From Sedimentibacter sp. (GTDB lineage Bacteria > Bacillota > Clostridia > Tissierellales > Sedimentibacteraceae): a stretch of DNA of 64,000 nt. The position numbers were made by a program, and so were the translations under genes. Shown in pieces: positions 37,802 to 47,449 of the stretch (within the stretch, counting starts at the first letter, position 1; each line of letters opens with the position of its first letter). Under the pieces are notes generated by a model. It saw nothing but the letters and a program-made list of their open reading frames with translations. It had not been told where the DNA came from and ran no database searches. The stretch is taken from assembly GCA_018436705.1 (NCBI GenBank), contig JAHDLA010000010.1, forward strand, positions 8,075 to 72,074. Direction: 5' to 3'.

Positions 37802-38192
37802 CAAAAACACCTGCATTTTCTATACGAAAAACACAGGTATAACACTCTATATAAACTAAGTAATTATTATTCTTTACTACCTGTACATTATTTTTCGTTG
37901 GAAAATAATAATACGCACCTGTTTTAACACATATCCTGACTCAGCCTCAATGCTCGCTCCGCCTTCCCGCTTTATACAGTGGCATACACAGTCTCACTCA
38001 CCAAACTATTTGCTCCCTGACGGTCGCATAGTTCGTGAGTTCGTTGTGGTTGACCTACTGCCATCTTTTCTGCGCTATCGCTTGAAAAAATGGGGTTAGG
38101 TCATACTGGAGTTTGCTCCGCAACACAGTAACCCGATTGTCCGGGATTCTCACCCGATTCCGTGACTTAAACAGTTATTTATGCAAATGTTC
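37802..38192 (-). promoter_or_regulatory. Cobalamin riboswitch (variant, copy 3) with a 119-bp insertion, P13 and terminator
   Basis: CACGGAATCGGGTGAGAATCCCGGACAATCGGGTTACTGTG...[insert]...GCCACTG...GGGAAGG...GAGTCAGGATATGTG; terminator ~37802-37840. Confidence 0.8.
37988..38106. repeat. 119-bp two-hairpin insertion (REP/MITE-like) flanked by a CATAC direct repeat
   Basis: Absent from copies 1 and 2; CATAC at 37983-37987 and 38102-38106; stems CTCAC..AACTAT/ATAGTT.GTGAG and TGACCTA/TAGGTCA. Confidence 0.6.
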
Positions 38193-38202
38193 TTGTAAAA
38201 TA

Positions 38203-38231
38203 ATTATATCATTGCTAAACGGCAATGTCAA
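38203..38231 (-). promoter_or_regulatory. Consensus sigma-A promoter of riboswitch copy 3
   Basis: TTGACA-N17-TATAAT with extended -10 TG. Confidence 0.85.
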
Positions 38232-38257
38232 CTATATGGACGTCAAAATTATGCAAA

Positions 38258-38773
38258 TCAAAATTCTATACCTTTTCTTGCTTCCAATCCTTTAGTGTAA
38301 TAATGCTTGATTTCTTTCATTTCAGTAACTAAATCAGCCATTTGAATCATCTCCTCCGGCGCATACCTTCCGGTTATAATTACTTCCACATTATCCGCTC
38401 TGCTCCTGATAGCATCCAGAGCTTCTTCAACAGTGAACAACTTGAAAAACAAAGCAATGTTTAGTTCATCCAGCACAACTACATCATATTCGCCGGACTT
38501 CAGTACTTCCTTAGCTCTTTCAAGCCCTTTTAATGCAGCATTAATATCTTCTTCATCCGGAGCTTCGTATATGAAACATCTGCGTCCAAACTGCTCAATT
38601 TTCAAATTATTGATGAATTCTGTACATTTCAGCTCGCTGTATTCCATCCCTTTCACAAACTGCCCAAAAAATACTTTTTTGCCGGCACACACCGATCTGA
38701 TTGATAACCCTAGAGCCGCCGTAGTTTTTCCTTTTCCGTTACCCGTATATACATGAATATATCCTTTTTCCAT
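38258..38773 (-). CDS. cobO: Cob(I)yrinic acid a,c-diamide adenosyltransferase (CobA/CobO/BtuR)
   Basis: 'YTGNGKGKTTAALG', 'QFVKG', 'VLDE', 'ITGRYAP', 'ADLVTEMKEIKHY', 'GIEF'. Confidence 0.92.
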   Translation of the reverse strand: MEKGYIHVYTGNGKGKTTAALGLSIRSVCAGKKVFFGQFVKGMEYSELKCTEFINNLKIEQFGRRCFIYEAPDEEDINAALKGLERAKEVLKSGEYDVVVLDELNIALFFKLFTVEEALDAIRSRADNVEVIITGRYAPEEMIQMADLVTEMKEIKHYYTKGLEARKGIEF

Positions 38774-38927
38774 GATTTCCTCCCATACTATAAATATATT
38801 TTAACAGAACAAATAAATGAATATAACTTATTTAAAATAATTTTGTCTTTACATATTATAACACCTGCATTTTCTCAAACAAAAAATACAGGTGTCCATT
38901 TATTTTAAGCCATTGCAATTGTATTTA

Positions 38928-39932
38928 TCAGAAAAAATACTTTTCTTCTTTCTTATCTCTCTGCATAAGCTTATTTACGGTATCCTTAACATTCGCGTCA
39001 TTTTCGAGAACATCGTACATTGCATTTACAATTGGCATTTCTACTTTGAGTTTTTTTGATAGTTCGTATGCTGCATATGTAGTCGGAATTCCCTCAACTA
39101 CCATTCCTATTTTTTTTATTGCCTCGTCTTTTGTCAATCCCTGCCCTATTAAATAGCCTGCATTCCAGTTTCTTGAGTGCTTGCTGGTGCAAGTTACTAT
39201 TAAGTCTCCTATGCCGGTAAGTCCATAAAATGTATGCACATCTGCTCCCATAGCTATTCCAAGTTTGGCTATTTCTACAATTCCTCTATTCATCAGAGCA
39301 GCCTTGGCATTGTCCCCATATCCGACTCCATCCGATATTCCTGCGCCCAAGGCTATTATATTTTTCAGTGCTCCGCCGATTTCAGCTCCTTTGACGTCAT
39401 CATTTGTGTAAACTCTGAAATATGAGGACATAAACATATCCTGTATTGTTTCCGCCGTGTCCTTGTCTTCGCATGCTACAGTTATAGCTGTGGGCATGGA
39501 AAGGCCCACTTCTTCAGCATGGGACGGGCCTGATAGAACAGAAAATATACAGTTTATCGTTTCTTCCTTTACTATGTCTGAAACAAGGCACATTGTACCT
39601 CTTTCTATTCCCTTTGAAGCATTCAATATTATTTTGCCGGTTTTGTTTTCATTGTCTATTTGTTTCAAGACGCTTCGTATCATCTGCGTAGGCGTTACTA
39701 TAAGGAGTACTTCCGCATCCTTTACGGCTTCGTTTATATTTGAAGTAAATACTATGTTCTCCGGGATCTGCACCTTTGGCAGGTATTTTTTGTTTACCCG
39801 TTCAGTGCCGAGCGTCTTGCATTGCTCCTCATCTCTCAGCCACACGGTAACTTCCTGTCCGTTTTCAGAAAGAAGTTTGGCAAGAGCTGTTCCCCAGCTT
39901 CCGCCCCCCAGCAGCGTTATTTTCTTTTTCAA
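38928..39932 (-). CDS. gpsA: NAD(P)H-dependent glycerol-3-phosphate dehydrogenase
   Basis: 'GGGSWGTALA', 'SGPSHAEEV', 'GALKN', 'GDLIVTCTSKHSRN'; der-plsY-gpsA synteny. Confidence 0.97.
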   Translation of the reverse strand: MKKKITLLGGGSWGTALAKLLSENGQEVTVWLRDEEQCKTLGTERVNKKYLPKVQIPENIVFTSNINEAVKDAEVLLIVTPTQMIRSVLKQIDNENKTGKIILNASKGIERGTMCLVSDIVKEETINCIFSVLSGPSHAEEVGLSMPTAITVACEDKDTAETIQDMFMSSYFRVYTNDDVKGAEIGGALKNIIALGAGISDGVGYGDNAKAALMNRGIVEIAKLGIAMGADVHTFYGLTGIGDLIVTCTSKHSRNWNAGYLIGQGLTKDEAIKKIGMVVEGIPTTYAAYELSKKLKVEMPIVNAMYDVLENDANVKDTVNKLMQRDKKEEKYFF

Positions 39933-39943
39933 TTCCTCATCTC

Positions 39944-40525
39944 CTATAATTTATTTTCTTTGCCTTCCAGCAATCTTTGTATGTTAGATTTATGCCTGTA
40001 TATGGCCATACCTGCTATGAACAAGCAGAATATAAGAAGCCCTGCGTCAAACGGCCTCACAAATACAATCGCAATAATCGGCGCAGATGCCATACCACAT
40101 ATTGAACCTAGGGATACGGTTCTTGTGAATACAATAATAAGCACTCCGAATATAACGCATATTAGCGTTAAAAACGGATTTACGAATACCATGACTCCTA
40201 TGGTAGTTGCCACTCCCTTACCGCCTTTAAAGCTTAAAAGCACCGGCCAATTATGACCTATTATTACAAAAGCTCCGGCAATATATGCACCGGTCTGTCC
40301 TCCTAAATTTCTTCCTATTATAACAGCCAAAACACCCTTCAGTACATCTCCCGCAAATACCATAATTCCAATTTTTTTGCCAAATGTCCTGAGGGCGTTG
40401 GTTGCTCCTGCATTTCCGCTTCCAAAATTTCTTACATCCTTCTTAGCAAGCAATTTGCCAAGAATGTAAGCAAATGAAATGTTCCCTAAAAAATAAGCTA
40501 TGAGTGCTATAACTATGAATTTCAT
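39944..40525 (-). CDS. plsY: Glycerol-3-phosphate acyltransferase
   Basis: 'GSGNAGATNALR', 'GHNWP..FKGGKGVAT', 'HKSNIQRL'. Confidence 0.97.
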   Translation of the reverse strand: MKFIVIALIAYFLGNISFAYILGKLLAKKDVRNFGSGNAGATNALRTFGKKIGIMVFAGDVLKGVLAVIIGRNLGGQTGAYIAGAFVIIGHNWPVLLSFKGGKGVATTIGVMVFVNPFLTLICVIFGVLIIVFTRTVSLGSICGMASAPIIAIVFVRPFDAGLLIFCLFIAGMAIYRHKSNIQRLLEGKENKL

Positions 40526-40636
40526 GATTGCTCCTTAGTGTGTTTAATAACAAATATTGAATAACCTGTCATTTTGATAATAGTCCTCAAAATGGCAGGC
40601 TTTTTCTGCAACTTAGGGAACGGTAGTACCGCTCCG

Positions 40637-41962
40637 CTACAGATTTTTTTCGTTTTTGCTTCTGAATTCTATTACAATGGGTGTTCCCTTGTATTCAAAT
40701 GATTCTCGTATCTTATTTTCCATGTATCTCTCATATGAGAAGTGTACTATGGAACTGTCGTTTACGAATATGAGAAACTTTGGCGGATTAACTGCAACCT
40801 GAGTTCCGTAGTATAATTTAAGTCTCTTTCCTTTAACCATCCTCGGCTGATTCATGAGAACCGCTTCTGTTATGATATCATTTAAAACTCCCGTAGATAC
40901 TCTCAGGTTTCTGAAGCTGTATACTTCGTTGACTTCATCAAGTATCTTGTTCACCCTCTGTCCGGTTAACGCCGATACCGTCATAATAGGCGCATATGTT
41001 GCGTATGCAAGACTCTTTCTTACTTCCTCCTGAAATTCCTTGAATGTATTGTTATTCTTTTCAATTAAATCCCACTTGTTTATGACAATAATCATCCCTT
41101 TGTTACTGTCATGTGAATATCCCGCAATTCGAACATCCTGTTCAGTCACGCCTTTGTCCGCATCTATTACCAGTATGCATATATCAGCTCTTTCGACAGC
41201 CGTAAACGCCCTAAGAACACTGTATTTTTCAACAGATTCGCTTACCTTGCTCTTTTTTCTTATTCCTGCCGTATCAATCAGAGTATACTTCTTCCCATCT
41301 GCCTCAAACCTGGTATCTATTGCATCTCTTGTGGTTCCGGGTATATCGCTTACGATGACCCTGTTTTCTCCGATAATGCGGTTGATAATCGATGACTTAC
41401 CGGCATTCGGTTTTCCTATTACCGCTATCTTTATGCTGTCATCATCATCATCCATATCCAAAGATTCATCGAATTTATTTATTACTTCATCTAACAAGTC
41501 TCCAATCCCTAAGGCTTCTGAAGATGAAACAGAAATCGGTTCTCCTATACCAAGATTGTAAAATTCATATACGTTGTTATCATTAACAAATTTATCCATC
41601 TTGTTAACTACTAATATTGTTTCCTTCTTCGCCTTTCTGAGCATATGTGCGACTTCCATATCTGCAGCCGTAACGCCTTCCTTACCATCAACCATAAATA
41701 AAACAACATCCGCCATATCTATGGCTATTTCAGCCTGTATCCTCATCTGCGAAAATATGGTATCAGTAGTATTTGGTTCAATACCGCCTGTATCTATCAA
41801 TGTAAAATGCTTGTCAAGCCATTCACATTCGGCATATATTCTGTCTCGTGTTACTCCCGGTGTATCTTCTGTTATAGAAATTCTCTTTCCCGCTATTCTG
41901 TTAAATAAAGTAGACTTTCCCACATTTGGTCTGCCTACAATTGTTACTACTGGTCTTGCCAT
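40637..41962 (-). CDS. der: Ribosome biogenesis GTPase Der/EngA
   Basis: Two G domains (GRPNVGKS/DTGG; GKPNAGKS/DTAG) plus a KH-like C-terminus. Confidence 0.98.
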   Translation of the reverse strand: MARPVVTIVGRPNVGKSTLFNRIAGKRISITEDTPGVTRDRIYAECEWLDKHFTLIDTGGIEPNTTDTIFSQMRIQAEIAIDMADVVLFMVDGKEGVTAADMEVAHMLRKAKKETILVVNKMDKFVNDNNVYEFYNLGIGEPISVSSSEALGIGDLLDEVINKFDESLDMDDDDDSIKIAVIGKPNAGKSSIINRIIGENRVIVSDIPGTTRDAIDTRFEADGKKYTLIDTAGIRKKSKVSESVEKYSVLRAFTAVERADICILVIDADKGVTEQDVRIAGYSHDSNKGMIIVINKWDLIEKNNNTFKEFQEEVRKSLAYATYAPIMTVSALTGQRVNKILDEVNEVYSFRNLRVSTGVLNDIITEAVLMNQPRMVKGKRLKLYYGTQVAVNPPKFLIFVNDSSIVHFSYERYMENKIRESFEYKGTPIVIEFRSKNEKNL

Positions 41963-42008
41963 TTTTACCTCCGTATTTACTCCTTCTGATATGCTGTCAA
42001 TAATGCTG

Positions 42009-43304
42009 TTACCTTGTAATAAGGTTTAATAGCATTTCACCATCTACATCGCAGACCGAAATATTTGTATTTAGTTCTTTTTTCAAATCTTCAATTGTTA
42101 AGTCATCTAACATGACGTTATTATCATTTATCATATTTCTGGGAAGAATTAAATTCTTATAATTTTTATTCTTCATTTGGTCTATAATATCTGCACCCGT
42201 TGTTAATCCGGATACAGTTATTTTCCCTCCAAAAAAATTGTTTATAACTTTAACAACATTAATTTTAAGCGATATTTTTTTCATTATCTTTTCGGATAAT
42301 TCCACCATAAGCTCGTACGCTGCATCCCCCGTCACAAAAGTAATCTCCTTTTCGGCAGGCTCAAAACCTGCATAATCATCTAATAATTCCTCTACCTGAT
42401 GTTTGAACAGCCTGCTCATGCCTATTCCATTTTCTAGTTGATCGAACTCTTCATAGGCATCATACTTCGGAAAATCTCTTTCGCTTGTAATATAAAATTC
42501 ATCTGCGATGAATATAAATCTCGTTCCCAGCTTTTGATATAATTTATCTTGAATATGAGATACCTGATTTACCACTTCTCCTGCACTTGCTTTGTCAAAA
42601 GGAATGATCTCAGTTAGTCTGTCTCTGTATCTTGTAAGTCCCACAGGTACAACTGCAACACTTCTTAGCCCTGGGTGGAGAGATGATAAATCACTGATAG
42701 TTTTTTCAAGCTGCTTCCCGTCATTTACGCCTCTTACCAGCACGATCTGACAGTCCACGGTTATTCCCGCATCTATAAGTTTTTTGAGATATTCCAGGAC
42801 ATCAATATGTTTATTGTTGCCCATCATATATTTTCTCAATTCAGGATCGGTTGTATGCACCGATACCTTAATAGGGCTTATTTTGTACTTTATTATTCTT
42901 TCTATCTCTTCATCTTTTAAATTGGTCAATGTTATAAAATTCCCATAAAGAAATGACAGCCTTGTATCATCATCTTTAACATAGAGTGTTTTACGCATTC
43001 CTTTGGGCAGCTGATCTATAAAGCAAAAAATGCATTTGTTTGAGCACACCTTTATGTTGTCCATAAGAGAATTTTCAAATACTATCCCTATATCCTCGTC
43101 GTATTCCTTTTCAATTTCAAGCTCCCAAATCTCCCCATCGGGCTTTTTTATTTCAAACAATATATTTTCGTCTGATATCTGGTATTTATAATCTATATAA
43201 TCCTTAACCGGACAATTGTTCACCGAAACAAGCTCATCTCCCGGTTCAAGCTCCATTTCCTCAGCAATCGAATTTTTTAAAACTTTAACTATTATGTTCT
43301 TCAT
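42009..43304 (-). CDS. PDZ-radical SAM-DUF512 protein
   Basis: PDZ N-terminus, 'CSNKCIFCFIDQLP', 'KDDD.RLSFL.GN', 'QLENGIG'; start moved to ATG 43304. Confidence 0.9.
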   Translation of the reverse strand: MKNIIVKVLKNSIAEEMELEPGDELVSVNNCPVKDYIDYKYQISDENILFEIKKPDGEIWELEIEKEYDEDIGIVFENSLMDNIKVCSNKCIFCFIDQLPKGMRKTLYVKDDDTRLSFLYGNFITLTNLKDEEIERIIKYKISPIKVSVHTTDPELRKYMMGNNKHIDVLEYLKKLIDAGITVDCQIVLVRGVNDGKQLEKTISDLSSLHPGLRSVAVVPVGLTRYRDRLTEIIPFDKASAGEVVNQVSHIQDKLYQKLGTRFIFIADEFYITSERDFPKYDAYEEFDQLENGIGMSRLFKHQVEELLDDYAGFEPAEKEITFVTGDAAYELMVELSEKIMKKISLKINVVKVINNFFGGKITVSGLTTGADIIDQMKNKNYKNLILPRNMINDNNVMLDDLTIEDLKKELNTNISVCDVDGEMLLNLITR

Positions 43305-43518
43305 TAGCTTTTCCTTTATAAGCAATTACTTCACGGACATTATAACATATCTGTTTTATGAACTGCAATTTATTTTTTAACAATATAGAATTGTTGAATT
43401 TAAATCTCTTGTACACCTTTTTTAAAATTTTTCTTTATTTGTATTTTTATGGCTTTTTGGTATAATAATAATATCGGAAATTTTTAGTAATTTTCAAAAT
43501 CAAAAATTGAGGTAAAAT

Positions 43519-45213
43519 ATGAAATTCAACGAATATGAATACAAGCGACCTGACTATGACAGCATTAAAGCCAAATACTCAGAATTAATAGAACTGTTTA
43601 ACAGCTCAAACAGCTCTGACGAGCAGTATGAATATGTACAAAAAATTAATGAACTCCAGAAAGAAGTTGAAACAATGGCTCAACTGGTTATGATAAGAAA
43701 TTCAATTAATACTGCAGATGAATTCTATGACAGAGAAAATGAATATATTGATATGATTTCCCCAAAGCTTCACGGACTGAGAGTAGAATTCTACAAAGCA
43801 CTTTTAAATTCAAAATTTAAAGATGAACTAAAGGAAAAGACTAAACCTCAGCTTTTTACATTAGCTGAAATTGAAATCAGAACATTTTCAGATGAGGTTG
43901 TTCCTTTAATGCAAGAAGAAAACAGATTGGTAAGCGAACATACTAAATTAGTTTCCTCAGCGCAAATAAATTATGATGGAAAATTACTTAATCTGTCCCA
44001 ATTGCAGCCATACATGGAATCCACAAACAGAGCAATAAGAAAAGAAGCTTGTGAAAAATGGAGCAGCTTTTTTATGGAAAACGAATCAAAGTTTGATATG
44101 ATTTATGACAAAATGGTAAAGGTAAGAAACGAAATTGCTCAAAAGCTTGGTTTTAAAAACTTTGTAGAGCTAGGATATCTTAGAATGGGCAGATCTGATT
44201 ACAATGCCCAAGACGTTGCAAACTTCAGAAACCATGTTCTTAAATATATTGTACCTATCTCAAATAATTTAAGAGAAAAGCAGAAATTACGAATAGGAGT
44301 TGACAAATTAAAGTATTACGATATTCCTTTGAACTTCATGACAGGAAACCCTGAACCAAAGGGTAATAAGTCATGGATTATGGAAAGAACTAAGAAAATG
44401 TATGAAGAATTATCTCCTGAAACAGGCAAATTTATAAACATGATGCTAGAAAGAGATTTGTTTGACCTTGAAACAAAGCCGAATAAGCAAGCCGGGGGCT
44501 ACTGCACGTTTCTACATAACTACAAGTCACCATTTATCTTCGCAAATTTTAACGGAACTCAAGATGATGTGACAGTTGTTACTCACGAAGCAGGTCACGC
44601 TTTTCAAACTTATGAAAGCAGGTTTTTAGACGCTCCGGAGTTTGGATTTCCCACTTTAGAAGCATGTGAAATTCATTCCATGAGCATGGAATTTATCACA
44701 TGGCCTTGGATGAAGCTTTTCTTTGAAGATGCTACAGATAAATTTAAATTTTTCCACCTTGCGGATTCATTGATGTTTATTCCATACGGAGTAACTGTAG
44801 ATGAATTTCAGCATGTTATTTATGGGAACCCTAGTATGACTCCTGATGAAAGGAAAAAAGCATGGAGAGATATAGAAAAAAAATACATGCCTTACAAAGA
44901 CTATGATGATAATGGATTCTTAGACAAGGGAACTTTTTGGTTCAAGCAGGGCCACATTTTTGACGATCCATTTTATTACATCGACTATACTCTTGCTCAA
45001 ATATGCGCTTATCAGTTTTGGATAAAATTCAACGGTGACAGAAAAAAGGCGTGGGATGATTACATGAATATATGCAAGGTTGGAGGCAGTCAGTCATTCC
45101 TTGAAATATTAAAAACCGGGAATTTGAAAAGTCCTTTTGATGAGGATACTATAAAAAGTGTAACAACTAATATAAAGGATTACCTTGACGGAATTGATGA
45201 TACAAAACTATAA
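43519..45213 (+). CDS. M3 family oligoendopeptidase
   Basis: 'THEAGH' HExxH, 'EIHSMSME', 'PFYYIDY'. Confidence 0.93.
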   Translation: MKFNEYEYKRPDYDSIKAKYSELIELFNSSNSSDEQYEYVQKINELQKEVETMAQLVMIRNSINTADEFYDRENEYIDMISPKLHGLRVEFYKALLNSKFKDELKEKTKPQLFTLAEIEIRTFSDEVVPLMQEENRLVSEHTKLVSSAQINYDGKLLNLSQLQPYMESTNRAIRKEACEKWSSFFMENESKFDMIYDKMVKVRNEIAQKLGFKNFVELGYLRMGRSDYNAQDVANFRNHVLKYIVPISNNLREKQKLRIGVDKLKYYDIPLNFMTGNPEPKGNKSWIMERTKKMYEELSPETGKFINMMLERDLFDLETKPNKQAGGYCTFLHNYKSPFIFANFNGTQDDVTVVTHEAGHAFQTYESRFLDAPEFGFPTLEACEIHSMSMEFITWPWMKLFFEDATDKFKFFHLADSLMFIPYGVTVDEFQHVIYGNPSMTPDERKKAWRDIEKKYMPYKDYDDNGFLDKGTFWFKQGHIFDDPFYYIDYTLAQICAYQFWIKFNGDRKKAWDDYMNICKVGGSQSFLEILKTGNLKSPFDEDTIKSVTTNIKDYLDGIDDTKL

Positions 45214-45281
45214 AAGTTAAATCTCGCAGAATTTAGGATTAATAAAAAAAGCCGTAATAGGCTTTTTTTACTTAAATATTA

Positions 45282-45458
<177 letters not shown>

Positions 45459-45582
45459 TCACCTCCCCCAATATCATCATTTATCATTTTAACACTATTT
45501 GTCCGCATTGAAAAGAACTTTTTATCTAAAAATACAAATATTTTAGAGTGTGCAAAAAACCGGCACAAATGCCGGTTTCATA

Positions 45583-46464
45583 TTAGTCTTCCAATTCCTT
45601 TAATTGTTCAAAATCCACATCTTCCTTTTTATGCTTGATTGCTCCTTCTTCCACAACCTTAAGGTCAGATCCGTTTATTTCTTCTGCTTCATACGTTCCG
45701 TCAGGCTTGTGTATGTTGACCTTGGCAGTTTTAAATAATGGATTTACATCAATTACTATACCGTTTTTGTTAGTTCCCTTGACCAAAACTCTATCTCCCA
45801 CATCCGGAAGCTCTTTTATATTTTCCTCATACACTTCATGCTCATAGTTTAAACAGCACATAAGCCTAGAGCATATACCTGATATTTTTGCTGGGTTAAG
45901 AGACAATTTCTGCTCCTTGGCCATTTTAATAGATACGGGATAAAATTCTCCTAAGAATGATGAACAACACAACGGTCTTCCACATGGACCTAGCCCGCCT
46001 ATCATTTTAGCCTCATCTCGAACTCCAATCTGTCTCAATTCAATTCTTGTTCTGAATATTGAAGCTAAATCCTTTACAAGCTCCCTAAAATCAATTCTTC
46101 CATCTGCGGTAAAATAGAATATTACTTTGTTGTTATCAAATGTGTATTCTATATCAACCAGCTTCATTTCCAGTCCGTGAGCTTCAATTTTTTTAAAGCA
46201 CAAATCAAAGGCTGTTTTTTCCTTGTCCTTGTTTTCCTGATTTAGTTTTATGTCTTCATCGGTTGCTATTCTTAAAACTTTTTTTAAAGGCTGAACAATA
46301 TCTTCTTCCTTCACAAGCTTAGGCCCTACTACAACCTGACCAAACTCAATTCCTCTTACTGTTTCTACTATTACATTGTCACCTTCGTTTATCCATTTCC
46401 TATCAGGATCAAAATAGTATATTTTCCCTGCCTTTTTAAACCTTACGCCTACTACTTTTATCAT
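45583..46464 (-). CDS. yaaT: PSP1/YaaT (RicT) protein
   Basis: 'GVRFKKAGKIYYF', 'RIELRQIGVRDEAK', 'GPCGRPLCC', 'SGICSRLMCCL'. Confidence 0.95.
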   Translation of the reverse strand: MIKVVGVRFKKAGKIYYFDPDRKWINEGDNVIVETVRGIEFGQVVVGPKLVKEEDIVQPLKKVLRIATDEDIKLNQENKDKEKTAFDLCFKKIEAHGLEMKLVDIEYTFDNNKVIFYFTADGRIDFRELVKDLASIFRTRIELRQIGVRDEAKMIGGLGPCGRPLCCSSFLGEFYPVSIKMAKEQKLSLNPAKISGICSRLMCCLNYEHEVYEENIKELPDVGDRVLVKGTNKNGIVIDVNPLFKTAKVNIHKPDGTYEAEEINGSDLKVVEEGAIKHKKEDVDFEQLKELED

Positions 46465-47441
46465 TTAAAGACCTCCTGAATCTTTAAAAGCATATTATCT
46501 ATTGCAAGCTTATAGTTAACATTGCTCTTTATATTATCACATGTATACTGCATTTGTTCTATTAAATCTGTATTTCTTTTCATAATGCCGGAGTGAATTT
46601 CAGCAAGCTGAATGAAGTCCTTATTGATTACAAGATCAATCATGCCGTTTTGAACAAACATAATGTCTCTTATCCACACCATTATTATTTCAACAATTAC
46701 ATCTATATTATCTTTATTTTCTTCAAAGTAATTTTCTAATTCATAAATAATACCGGAATCTGAATTTACAATCTTGTCAAACAGCTTAATTATATCTTCT
46801 CTCTGCCTGAGTGTTCCGTCATTACCCTTGACCATTTCAATTGCTTTTTTCAACACGCCTTTTGAATATTCTGACGCTAGACCGGAAAGTTCCTCTGACG
46901 CCCCACAGTTTTTAATTAAAAATTCCTTAATCTTATCCTTGCTCATACTTCTAAACTTCAGCATCTGGCATCTGGATACGATTGTAGGCAGCAATAAATT
47001 TGAATTTGTTGTTAAAAGTATTATAACAGAATCCTCTGGAGGTTCTTCCAGTGTTTTTAAAAATGTATTGGCTGCCTGAGTTGTCATTTGATGAGCATCT
47101 TTAATTATAAAAACCTTTTTACTCGATTCATAAGGTTTTTTATATACCGATTCTATAAGATTATCTATTTCTTCCCTTTTGATTGTTGTTTCGCCGCTGT
47201 TGATTACATGAATATCAGGATGGTTGTTTGAGTTAAACTTGACGCAGCTGGAGCATTTATTGCATGGTTCTGATGTAAAATTTTCACAGAATAAAGACTG
47301 GGCAAATATCAAAGCTGTTTCATACTTGCCCATGCCTTTTGTTCCTTCGAATATATAGCAGTGGGATATTTGGTTGTTATTTATCGCCTTTGCCAGCGAT
47401 TTCATTATTTCTTCCTGGACTATTGCCTGGTTGTAAAACAT
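46461..47441 (-). CDS. holB: DNA polymerase III delta-prime subunit
   Basis: Zn module, 'HPD', 'ANTFLKTLEEPP', 'LPTIVSRC'; tmk-holB-yaaT synteny. Confidence 0.92.
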   Translation of the reverse strand: MFYNQAIVQEEIMKSLAKAINNNQISHCYIFEGTKGMGKYETALIFAQSLFCENFTSEPCNKCSSCVKFNSNNHPDIHVINSGETTIKREEIDNLIESVYKKPYESSKKVFIIKDAHQMTTQAANTFLKTLEEPPEDSVIILLTTNSNLLLPTIVSRCQMLKFRSMSKDKIKEFLIKNCGASEELSGLASEYSKGVLKKAIEMVKGNDGTLRQREDIIKLFDKIVNSDSGIIYELENYFEENKDNIDVIVEIIMVWIRDIMFVQNGMIDLVINKDFIQLAEIHSGIMKRNTDLIEQMQYTCDNIKSNVNYKLAIDNMLLKIQEVFK

Positions 47442-47449
47442 TCTATCAC

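Noticed and set aside
38113-38295. 60-aa plus-strand ORF
   Set aside because: Antisense to riboswitch copy 3 and its promoter.
21552-38895. Repeated segments as CRISPR repeats or IS ends
   Set aside because: Dispersed, explained by paralogous riboswitches; no spacers, cas genes or transposase.
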